Shown: one piece after another, positions 38,118 to 45,923 of the stretch | Layout of the letters: each line of letters opens with the position of its first letter | Position numbering within the stretch: position 1 is the stretch's first letter | From: Erysipelotrichaceae bacterium | GTDB lineage: Bacteria; Bacillota_I; Bacilli_A; Erysipelotrichales; Erysipelotrichaceae | Assembly (NCBI GenBank): GCA_017419165.1 | Contig: JAFOLW010000062.1 | Coordinates: 40,922 to 104,921 of the forward strand | Direction: 5' to 3' | Length of the DNA stretch: 64,000 nucleotides | Notes under the pieces: model-generated | Seen by the model: only the letters and a program-made list of their open reading frames with translations | Told to the model about the DNA's origin: nothing | Database searches by the model: none | Made by a program: the position numbers and the translations under genes

Positions 38118-39437
38118 ATGACAGAAATTTTCAAAGGGATCCCCGAGATCCGATATGAAGGAAAAGATTCCAAAGAAGCTTTGGCATTCAAGTATTACGA
38201 TGCCGACAGAGTGATTCTGGGCAAAAAGATGAGTGAGCATCTTCCGTTTGCGATGGCCTGGTGGCACAATCTCTGTGCCGGCGGTACGGACATGTTCGGC
38301 AGAGATACGGCCGACAAGTCTTTCGGTGCCGGTGAAAAGGGCACGATGGAACACGCCAAAGCCAAGGTCGATGCGGGCTTCGAATTCATGAAGAAGCTGG
38401 GCATCAAGTACTTCTGCTTCCACGATGTCGATCTGGTCCCGGAAGCCGATGACATCAAGGAGACCAACCGGAGGCTCGATGAGATCTCCGATTACATCCT
38501 GGAAAAGATGAAGGGCACCGACATCAAGTGCCTGTGGGGCACGGCCAACATGTTCTCCAATCCGCGTTTCATGAACGGCGCCGGTTCGACCAACAGCGTT
38601 GACGTCTACGCTTTTGCGGCAGCCCAGATCAAAAAGGCTCTGGATCTGACCGTCAAACTCGGCGGCAGAGGCTACGTCTTCTGGGGCGGCCGGGAAGGCT
38701 ATGAGACATTGCTCAATACTGACGTGAAGTTCGAACAGGAGAACATCGCCAAACTCATGCATATGGCGGTGGACTACGGCAGATCGATCGGTTTCAAGGG
38801 CGACTTCTACATCGAACCGAAACCGAAAGAGCCGATGAAGCACCAGTATGACTTCGATGCGGCGACGGCCATCGGTTTCCTGAGACAGTATGGCTTGGAC
38901 AAAGACTTCAAGATGAACATCGAAGCCAACCATGCGACTTTGGCCGGCCACACTTTCCAGCACGACCTGCGCATCTCGGCGATCAACGGAATGCTCGGAT
39001 CCATCGATGCCAACCAGGGCGACATGTTGCTGGGCTGGGATACCGATGAGTTCCCGTTCAATGTCTACGATGCGACCTTATGCATGTATGAAGTGCTGAA
39101 GAACGGCGGACTGACCGGCGGATTCAACTTCGACTCCAAGAACAGAAGACCTTCCTACACGACGGAAGACATGTTCTATGCCTACATCCTGGGTATGGAT
39201 ACCTTCGCTTTGGGTCTGATCAAGGCGGCGGAACTGATCGAAGACGGCAGGATCGATGATTTCATCAAAGAGAGATATTCTTCCTGGAACGGTGAACTGG
39301 GTCGGAAGATCAGAAACGATGCGACGACTCTGGAAGAGCTCTTCCATTATGCGGAGAAGATGGGCGCTCCGGAGCTTCCGGGTTCCGGCAGACAGGAATA
39401 CCTGGAAGCCGTCATGAATTCCGTCCTGTTCAAATAA
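38118..39437 (+). CDS. xylA: Xylose isomerase
   Basis: FCFHDVD, WGGREGY and [10 protein letters not shown] motifs. 439 aa. Confidence 0.95.
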   Translation: MTEIFKGIPEIRYEGKDSKEALAFKYYDADRVILGKKMSEHLPFAMAWWHNLCAGGTDMFGRDTADKSFGAGEKGTMEHAKAKVDAGFEFMKKLGIKYFCFHDVDLVPEADDIKETNRRLDEISDYILEKMKGTDIKCLWGTANMFSNPRFMNGAGSTNSVDVYAFAAAQIKKALDLTVKLGGRGYVFWGGREGYETLLNTDVKFEQENIAKLMHMAVDYGRSIGFKGDFYIEPKPKEPMKHQYDFDAATAIGFLRQYGLDKDFKMNIEANHATLAGHTFQHDLRISAINGMLGSIDANQGDMLLGWDTDEFPFNVYDATLCMYEVLKNGGLTGGFNFDSKNRRPSYTTEDMFYAYILGMDTFALGLIKAAELIEDGRIDDFIKERYSSWNGELGRKIRNDATTLEELFHYAEKMGAPELPGSGRQEYLEAVMNSVLFK

Positions 39438-39446
39438 ACCGAAATA

Positions 39447-39482
39447 AAAGAGATCTGTCAGCTGACGGATCTCTTTGTTTTT
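39447..39482. terminator. Bidirectional terminator (xylA / TetR gene)
   Basis: 12-bp stem aagagatctgtc/gacggatctctt followed by TGTTTTT. Confidence 0.75.
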
Positions 39483-40023
39483 AAAACGAGGTCTTTCTTT
39501 GATACTCTTCGACGAGGATCCTGCCCATCGTCTCAGGGGATTCCTTGCAGCCGCCGTCAAGCCATTTGCGGATGACAGCCGTGATCCCGGCAGCGAAGAA
39601 CTCGACGTGATAATCCACGTAGCGGGTATCTTTGAAGAAGAGGTGAGCGACATCCATGGAGGAGCCGCTTTTCAGAAAGACGCTTTTGAAATCGAAACCG
39701 AGCTTGAAATACAGTTTGTAGAAGATCTGGTTTTCTTTGATGTTTTCAAACAGTTTCAGGAAATCGAAACTGTGCTTTCCTTTTTCGACTTCATCGGAAA
39801 AGACGCCGAGAAATTCGTTCATCATCCACTCGTAGATCGATTGGATCAGGTCATCGATATCCATATAGTGGGAATAGAATGTCGTGCGGTTGACGCCGGC
39901 TTTTTTACATATGTCGGAAACGGTGATGCCCGAAATATCGCTTCGGGCGATGACAAGGGCCAGATAGGCTTTCTGTATGGCTTCCTCGCTTTGGCGGTTG
40001 CGGATATTGTTCTTTTTGTTCAT
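39481..40023 (-). CDS. TetR-family transcriptional regulator
   Basis: N-terminal HTH ITVSDICKKAGVNRTTFYSHY. Divergent from the 40134 operon. Confidence 0.85.
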   Translation of the reverse strand: MNKKNNIRNRQSEEAIQKAYLALVIARSDISGITVSDICKKAGVNRTTFYSHYMDIDDLIQSIYEWMMNEFLGVFSDEVEKGKHSFDFLKLFENIKENQIFYKLYFKLGFDFKSVFLKSGSSMDVAHLFFKDTRYVDYHVEFFAAGITAVIRKWLDGGCKESPETMGRILVEEYQRKTSF

Positions 40024-40056
40024 CTGATAAACTCAACAGCTTTCGTAAAAGTGTCG

Positions 40057-40085
40057 TTGTTTCTCCTCTGGCTTCATTTTATAGT
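40057..40085 (+). promoter_or_regulatory. Predicted promoter of the 40134-45846 operon
   Basis: TTGTTT (40057-40062), 17-nt spacer, TATAGT (40080-40085). Confidence 0.5.
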
Positions 40086-40099
40086 AAGGGTGTAAATAA

Positions 40100-40116
40100 A
40101 ACAACACGTTGTTGTT
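40100..40116. promoter_or_regulatory. Inverted repeat AACAAC-N5-GTTGTT, candidate TetR operator
   Basis: Lies between the -10 element and the SD. An extra GTTGTT half-site (40056-40061) overlaps the -35. Confidence 0.4.
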
Positions 40117-40133
40117 ATTAAGGAGGAAAAAAG

Positions 40134-40211
40134 ATGAAGAGAATATATGAGATCTTAGTGAATACGACAGCCATCGGTTACGGTTTCTTAAACGGATTCA
40201 ACGTTTTATAG
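40134..40211 (+). CDS. Candidate 25-aa hydrophobic micro-ORF (MKRIYEILVNTTAIGYGFLNGFNVL)
   Basis: AAGGAGG SD 6 nt upstream. Its stop codon is embedded in the SD of the next gene. Not in the ORF track because it is under 60 aa. Confidence 0.3.
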   Translation: MKRIYEILVNTTAIGYGFLNGFNVL

Positions 40212-40223
40212 GAGGAAGAGAAA

Positions 40224-40493
40224 ATGGTCAGAGATACGGAAGGAAAGAGAAAAAAAGCAGTTGAAGATGCATCTGTGAAGACATATAAGGCGATCGAAAA
40301 GGGAGCGGTCGATGCCTACAAGTTTACGGAGAAGACGGCTGTCGGCGGTTATATGGCGATACAGAATGCCGTTGTCGGTACCTACAAGAAGATCGAGGAC
40401 AGTTTCGTTGATAAGTTCCTGAGAGAAGAAGGCGAAACGATCGAAGAGGCGAAAGCCAGGATCAACGGTCAGCTGAACAAAGATAAAGAATAA
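40224..40493 (+). CDS. Small protein built from five in-phase 11-residue repeats
   Basis: AGGAGG SD. Repeats KAVEDASVKTY / KAIEKGAVDAY / KFTEKTAVGGY / MAIQNAVVGTY / KKIEDSFVDKF. Confidence 0.6.
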   Translation: MVRDTEGKRKKAVEDASVKTYKAIEKGAVDAYKFTEKTAVGGYMAIQNAVVGTYKKIEDSFVDKFLREEGETIEEAKARINGQLNKDKE

Positions 40494-40504
40494 GGAGCTT
40501 GAAT

Positions 40505-41509
40505 ATGGCAAGATTCGGATGGGCTTATATCGGTGTCGGGCAGATCGCTCACACGACGGCAAAAGAACTCGCGAGATCGGAAAACAACGAGATCGTTGCA
40601 GTGTACAACCGCACGTATGAAAAGGCGGAGAAGTTCACGAAGAAGTACGGCGGCACGCCATACCGGACACCAGAAGAGGCAGTCAATGATCCGCGGGTCG
40701 AAGGCGTCTATATCGCACTGACGGCCGACCAGCATTATGCCTATATGAAAAAGATGATCGCTCTGCATAAGCCGATCCTCTGCGAGAAGCCGTTCACGGT
40801 CAATGCCGATGAAGCAAAGGAGATCTTCGAACTGGCGGAAAAGGAAGGCGTCTATGTTGCGGAAGCGATGTGGACCTGGCACAATACGCCGGCACTGAGC
40901 GTCCGCAAGTGGCTGAATGAAAACAAGGTCGGCAAGGTCAGGGAAGTCGTATGCAACTACAAGAATCCGATGACGACCTTCGACAAGAACAGCCGGCTCT
41001 TCGATGCCAACCGCATCGGCGGTGCCTTGCTGGATATCGGTATCTACGGTCTGCGTTATTCTCTGGAACTCTTCGGCAGACCGGAGCGCGTCACATGCAA
41101 AGGCAGGATGGCGAAAGGTGTCGATCTGGGCGAAGAAGTCGATTTCTATTATGAGAACGGACTGAAGATCCGTCATGAGATCGCTCTGGACAGGCGTTTC
41201 AAGGAAGACTACACGATCAAAGGTGACAAGGGCGAGATCGATGTTCCGTGGTTCCATATGACAAAGAAAGCGTCCTTGAAGGGAGAAGAAAGGGACGAGG
41301 TCAGGATCAAGGATCATCTGTATGAGAAGCAGTTCACCAACGTCGGAAACGAGATCCGCAAAGGTCTGAAGAAGAGCGAGATCATCAAGCCGGAAATGAC
41401 TATCGCTGTCATGGAGATCATGGATGAATGCCGCAGGCAGATGGACATGAAATATCCGGGCGAGATCATGGAATATACGCCGGCATCTCATCAGGTGATC
41501 GGCCGCTGA
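40505..41509 (+). CDS. Gfo/Idh/MocA-family NAD(P)-dependent oxidoreductase
   Basis: MARFGWAYIGVGQIA Rossmann start and the EKP motif (LCEKPF). AAGGAG SD. ATG 40505 is preferred over TTG 40499. Confidence 0.85.
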   Translation: MARFGWAYIGVGQIAHTTAKELARSENNEIVAVYNRTYEKAEKFTKKYGGTPYRTPEEAVNDPRVEGVYIALTADQHYAYMKKMIALHKPILCEKPFTVNADEAKEIFELAEKEGVYVAEAMWTWHNTPALSVRKWLNENKVGKVREVVCNYKNPMTTFDKNSRLFDANRIGGALLDIGIYGLRYSLELFGRPERVTCKGRMAKGVDLGEEVDFYYENGLKIRHEIALDRRFKEDYTIKGDKGEIDVPWFHMTKKASLKGEERDEVRIKDHLYEKQFTNVGNEIRKGLKKSEIIKPEMTIAVMEIMDECRRQMDMKYPGEIMEYTPASHQVIGR

Positions 41510-41632
41510 GTCAGACCCCCGTAAGGTCTCGGCGTGCGAAAGCCGCCGGGACCTTTTTAAAAAGACCGGGACAGAAAACGGAAATATGTCGTTGTTTCCG
41601 TAATGATCTTCCGATAAATTGAAGGAGTAGAT

Positions 41633-43027
41633 ATGAAAAAAGGATTTTGGGATAAAAAACTGCTGGATTCAAGGATACAAAGCGAGGATGTCTCCAAAGC
41701 CGAGATGTTTTTGGGCTACCTGCTCGGACCGAGCCTGATGTTTTTGATGACGACGGCACTGTCGGGCACCTATCTGATGCAGTTCTATACGGACGTCATC
41801 GGCATATCCGGTTCTTTGATCATCATCATGCCGATCGTCTCCAAGGTCCTGGTGGCGGTCATGAACGTCGTCTTTTCGGATATGATCGCCAGGACAAAGA
41901 CAAGACAGGGCAAAGCCCGTCCGTGGCTGCTGCTGTCAGGTGTCCTTCTGCCGCTGGCGGGCATCCTTCTGTACATGGTGCCGAAGGCATCCTACCGTCT
42001 GCAGGTCCTCTGGATCCTGTTCAGCTACAATGTCTTCTTCGTGCTGGCTTTCAATCTTTATTCGCTTTCTCACAGCATGTTGCTGCCGCGGTCGACGCGT
42101 ACAAGCAAGCAGCGCGATAAGCTCTCGCTGTTCAAGAACATCGCCGAAGGCATGATCCCGGGAACGCTGAGCGTGGTCATCATGCCGTTCATCATCCGGG
42201 CGATCGGTGTCGGAAGTGATGCGCAAAGCGCCTGGTTCAGGTTCATGCTGCTGCTGTCGGTCATTGCCATACCGGCAGCTGCGATCGAATATTATTTCAC
42301 GAAAGAAAGGATCGAAGACAAAAACGACAGTCTTCCGATCTTCGCGCAGCTCAAAGAGAGCTTCCGTTACAAAGACTGGCTCATGGTCGTCGGTCTGCTG
42401 GCTCTGCAGCAGCTCAACTCCGCCTTCCCCAACAGTGCGATGATCTACTTCAGCAACTGGGTCTTAGGCAACAGTGTGGACAGCGGAGCGAACTACCAGT
42501 TTCTGCTCAACGTCATCGGGCAGTTTCCGGTAGGCATCGGCACGATGCTCTTGTGGCCGGTCGTCAGAAAGTTCGGCAAGTACGAGACATTGAGGGCCGG
42601 GTATCTGTTCGGGATCGCCGGCAACCTGATCGTGCTTCTGTGCGTAAAAAACATCCCGCTGCTTCTGGGCGGCATGATGATCCGTTCCCTTGGCACGGTG
42701 CCGATGATGTTGTCGATCTCGCTTCTGTCCGATGCGATCGACCGTGTCGAAGAACGAAGCGGCAACCGTTTCGATTCTCTGGGTGCTTCGCTCAATTCGA
42801 TCATCCACAACATCTCCCTGGGTCTTTCCCAGACGGCGATCTTACTCAGCATCGACCGTTTCGGTTACATCGTTCCGCAAAGTGCGGCGCAGGTCATCGA
42901 ACAGCCGGCGATGCTCAAGACATTCTTTTCCCTGGCAATGGCGGGGATCCCCCTGGTCTGTTTTGTCGGTTCTTTCTTCCTGATCAGTTTCATCATGAAG
43001 GATGAAAAGAAGAGAAGCGAAAAATAA
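41633..43027 (+). CDS. GPH/MFS-family glycoside:cation symporter (1 of 3)
   Basis: 12-TM profile and the GPH loop motif SDMIARTKTRQGKARPW. Confidence 0.8.
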   Translation: MKKGFWDKKLLDSRIQSEDVSKAEMFLGYLLGPSLMFLMTTALSGTYLMQFYTDVIGISGSLIIIMPIVSKVLVAVMNVVFSDMIARTKTRQGKARPWLLLSGVLLPLAGILLYMVPKASYRLQVLWILFSYNVFFVLAFNLYSLSHSMLLPRSTRTSKQRDKLSLFKNIAEGMIPGTLSVVIMPFIIRAIGVGSDAQSAWFRFMLLLSVIAIPAAAIEYYFTKERIEDKNDSLPIFAQLKESFRYKDWLMVVGLLALQQLNSAFPNSAMIYFSNWVLGNSVDSGANYQFLLNVIGQFPVGIGTMLLWPVVRKFGKYETLRAGYLFGIAGNLIVLLCVKNIPLLLGGMMIRSLGTVPMMLSISLLSDAIDRVEERSGNRFDSLGASLNSIIHNISLGLSQTAILLSIDRFGYIVPQSAAQVIEQPAMLKTFFSLAMAGIPLVCFVGSFFLISFIMKDEKKRSEK

Positions 43028-43131
43028 AAGCGATACGTAATGTCAAAATTCTGATAAAAAAGAAGAATTGCTTATACATCGATCGTAAAAAACGATGATA
43101 TGATGAAGACGAAATAAAAGGAGCTCATAAT

Positions 43132-45846
43132 ATGGCAAAAATGAATCCGTTTCAGCTCGGCATCTATATGGCGAGCGGAAAGATGATCGGGAAAGTGCCT
43201 TTTTCCGAGAACCCGAAAGTTGCTTTGGAGATCGCAAGAGAAGGCATCGTCCTTCTGAAGAACGACGGCGTACTGCCGCTGGCAGCGCAGAACATCGCCT
43301 TGTTCGGCGCCGGCAGCAAAGACACTTCACTGTGCGGGACCGGCAGCGGCTATTCCTTTTCTCCTTATACCGTTTCCATCTATGAGGGACTGGTCAAGGC
43401 AGGCTACAAGATCACCTCGGATCTCTGGCTGAACAATTACGATAAGAAAAAGAAAGAGATCGAGAAGAACGACAAGTCACTGACGTTCCTCGATAAGCGT
43501 TTCAGCGGCCGCACCGCCTATTTTGATGTCGATGTCCTGAAGAAGGAAGAGATCGATACGGCCTTCGGCAGCGATGTCGCATTCTATTTGATCAAGCGCA
43601 ATACCGGCGAGGGTTTTGACCGCAAGGCGGAAAAAGGCGATTACTATCTCAGTGACAACGAAGTGGAAAACATCAGACTGCTGACGGAGAACTTCTCAAA
43701 AGTCATCGTCATCCTCAACACCTGCGTCATCGACTGCACGTGGTTGAAGGAGAATGAAAAAGTTTCGGCGATCCTGCAGGTCGGACAGGCGGGCTTGGAA
43801 GCCGGGAATGCGATCGCCGATATCATCAGCGGAAAGATCTCGCCGAGCGGCAGGCTCACCGATACCTATGCGAAGTCCTATGAAGACTATCCGACTCACG
43901 AGACTTTCTCGGCCAACGACGGGGACACGCTGCAGGAAGATTATACGGAAGACATCTATGTCGGTTACCGGCATTTCGATACGAAGAAGCTCGATGTCGT
44001 CTATCCGTTCGGCTATGGCCTTTCTTATGCGGATTTCGTCTTTGAGAATTATGAAGTCAAGGCGGACTGGAACGAAGTGAAGGTCTCGCTGGATGTGAGA
44101 AACACCGGAAGCTGTCCTTCCAAGGAAGTCGTCCAGCTTTATGTCAGCGCACCGGAAGGCAGGCTGAAGAAACCGTATCAGGAATTGAAAGCCTACGCCA
44201 AGACCGATCTGATCAGCGAAGGAGCGACCAGAAGAGTCACTCTGTCGTTCAAGACGGCCGATCTGGCGAGCTACGATGAAGAGACTTCCGCCTGGACGAT
44301 GGAAAAAGGCAAGTACCTGATCAGAGTCGGCAAAGACTCCAGAGATACGCAGATCGCCGCGGCGATACAGCTCGACGAGACGGTAAAGACGCTGCAGCTG
44401 TCAAAACAGCTGACCATCGACCGTGAGCTGAACTTTGCGGAATATCCTTCCTACAGTACGGAAGACTATGAAGGCGTCATACTGCCTCTTTACGCAAAAG
44501 ACTGTACGACTGTCGACGGCGCTTCCAGGATCGAAAAGGTCCTGACCTGCTGCACCGCCGATGAATACGAACAAAAAGAGTCCTCCTACCACTTCCCTTG
44601 GGAATACAAGGAAGAAGTGAAGAAGGTCAGATCGATCGCCAACGCCACCCTTCTCGATGTCGTCGACGGAAAGATCACGATGGAAGAATTCGTTGCGACT
44701 TTGGATAACGAAGTCCTGGCAAGGATCTGTACCGGTTCGGGTCAGGAGACCAGATATGAAGTGACGCCGCGTCTGCCGAAGAAGGCATTCAAGTCCAACT
44801 TCAACGCTTCGACCAGCGGCAAGACGACCGATCAGTACAGTGCCTCTCTGGGCATTCCGGCCAGCTCACTGGCGGACGGTCCGGCAGGCCTTCACATGAT
44901 GGGTTCCCCGACCACCGGCTTCCCGGTCGGCATGGTCCTGGCCCAGACCTTCAACGAAGAGCTCGCATCTGCCTTCGGCGATGCCTATGGCAAGGAGATG
45001 GAATACTACGATGTTGCCCTGTGCCTCGGCCCGGGCATGAACATCCACAGAGATCCGCTCTGCGGCAGGAACTTCGAATACTATTCGGAGGATCCGCTGC
45101 TGACCGGCAAGATCGCCGCTTCGTTCACCAACGGCTTGCAAAAGAACCATCCGGGCTTCGGCGTTGCCGTCAAACATTTCTGCTGCAACAACCAGGAGCT
45201 CGACCGCAACATGTCCAATTCTTCCGTTTCGGAACGGGCACTGCGCGAGATCTATCTGAAAGGTTTCGAGATCGCCGTGAGAGAAGCACATCCGGCGACC
45301 GTGATGTCATCCTACAATCTGGTCAACGGCATCCACACTTCTTCCCGTTACGATCTGCTGACCGACGTCTTAAGAGGCGAATGGGGCTTTGACGGTTTCG
45401 TCATGACCGACTGGGACGGCAAGTCCGACCGCGTCATGGACTTACAGGCCGGCAACGACATCATCATGGGCGGCTACGATACCGATGTCCTGGTCGCAGC
45501 GACCAAAGAGGTCAGACCGGAGTTCAATGATGACGCTTCCGTCAAACAGAAGACGATCAAGCTCTACGGCTATATGGCACAGAACTTCGACATCTACGGC
45601 TCCTTCCTGCCGGACAAGGACGGCAGCGATACGATCGAAGTCTCGTACAAGGATCAGCCGGCAGAGAAAGTCAGAGAGCTCGCCAAGCAGGGTCTTGTCG
45701 AGATCGACGAAGAGAAAAAGACCGTGACCTACAAGGGTCATGACCGCTCTTATGCCTTGAAGAGAAGCGTCCTGCAAAGGAATGCCGCAAGGATACTTCA
45801 TTATCTGGCCTTCGGTGCGCCGATGAAGCTGGCGACCCGCAAATAG
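43132..45846 (+). CDS. GH3 beta-glucosidase/beta-xylosidase-type enzyme with reversed (circularly permuted) domain order
   Basis: The N-terminal part matches the GH3 C-domain and FnIII-like domain (IVLLKNDGVLPL, SPSGRLTDTY, YPFGYGLSY). The catalytic barrel, with KHFCCNNQE and nucleophile motif GFVMTDW, is C-terminal. No signal peptide. Confidence 0.9.
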   Translation: MAKMNPFQLGIYMASGKMIGKVPFSENPKVALEIAREGIVLLKNDGVLPLAAQNIALFGAGSKDTSLCGTGSGYSFSPYTVSIYEGLVKAGYKITSDLWLNNYDKKKKEIEKNDKSLTFLDKRFSGRTAYFDVDVLKKEEIDTAFGSDVAFYLIKRNTGEGFDRKAEKGDYYLSDNEVENIRLLTENFSKVIVILNTCVIDCTWLKENEKVSAILQVGQAGLEAGNAIADIISGKISPSGRLTDTYAKSYEDYPTHETFSANDGDTLQEDYTEDIYVGYRHFDTKKLDVVYPFGYGLSYADFVFENYEVKADWNEVKVSLDVRNTGSCPSKEVVQLYVSAPEGRLKKPYQELKAYAKTDLISEGATRRVTLSFKTADLASYDEETSAWTMEKGKYLIRVGKDSRDTQIAAAIQLDETVKTLQLSKQLTIDRELNFAEYPSYSTEDYEGVILPLYAKDCTTVDGASRIEKVLTCCTADEYEQKESSYHFPWEYKEEVKKVRSIANATLLDVVDGKITMEEFVATLDNEVLARICTGSGQETRYEVTPRLPKKAFKSNFNASTSGKTTDQYSASLGIPASSLADGPAGLHMMGSPTTGFPVGMVLAQTFNEELASAFGDAYGKEMEYYDVALCLGPGMNIHRDPLCGRNFEYYSEDPLLTGKIAASFTNGLQKNHPGFGVAVKHFCCNNQELDRNMSNSSVSERALREIYLKGFEIAVREAHPATVMSSYNLVNGIHTSSRYDLLTDVLRGEWGFDGFVMTDWDGKSDRVMDLQAGNDIIMGGYDTDVLVAATKEVRPEFNDDASVKQKTIKLYGYMAQNFDIYGSFLPDKDGSDTIEVSYKDQPAEKVRELAKQGLVEIDEEKKTVTYKGHDRSYALKRSVLQRNAARILHYLAFGAPMKLATRK

Positions 45847-45874
45847 AGTAATCAATACTGCAAAAAAGACAATT

Positions 45875-45914
45875 AAAAAGTGCTGTTTCTTCTTCATAGA
45901 GACAGCACTTTTTG
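45875..45914. terminator. Bidirectional terminator (GH3 / GH2 convergent)
   Basis: 8-bp stem agtgctgt(45879-45886)/acagcact(45902-45909), flanked by AAAAA and TTTT. Confidence 0.7.
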
Positions 45915-45923
45915 TCGTATCAC

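Noticed and set aside
40469-41491. 340-aa minus-strand ORF opposite the Gfo/Idh/MocA gene
   Set aside because: Shadow ORF. The plus-strand frame has a Rossmann fold, the EKP motif and a strong SD.
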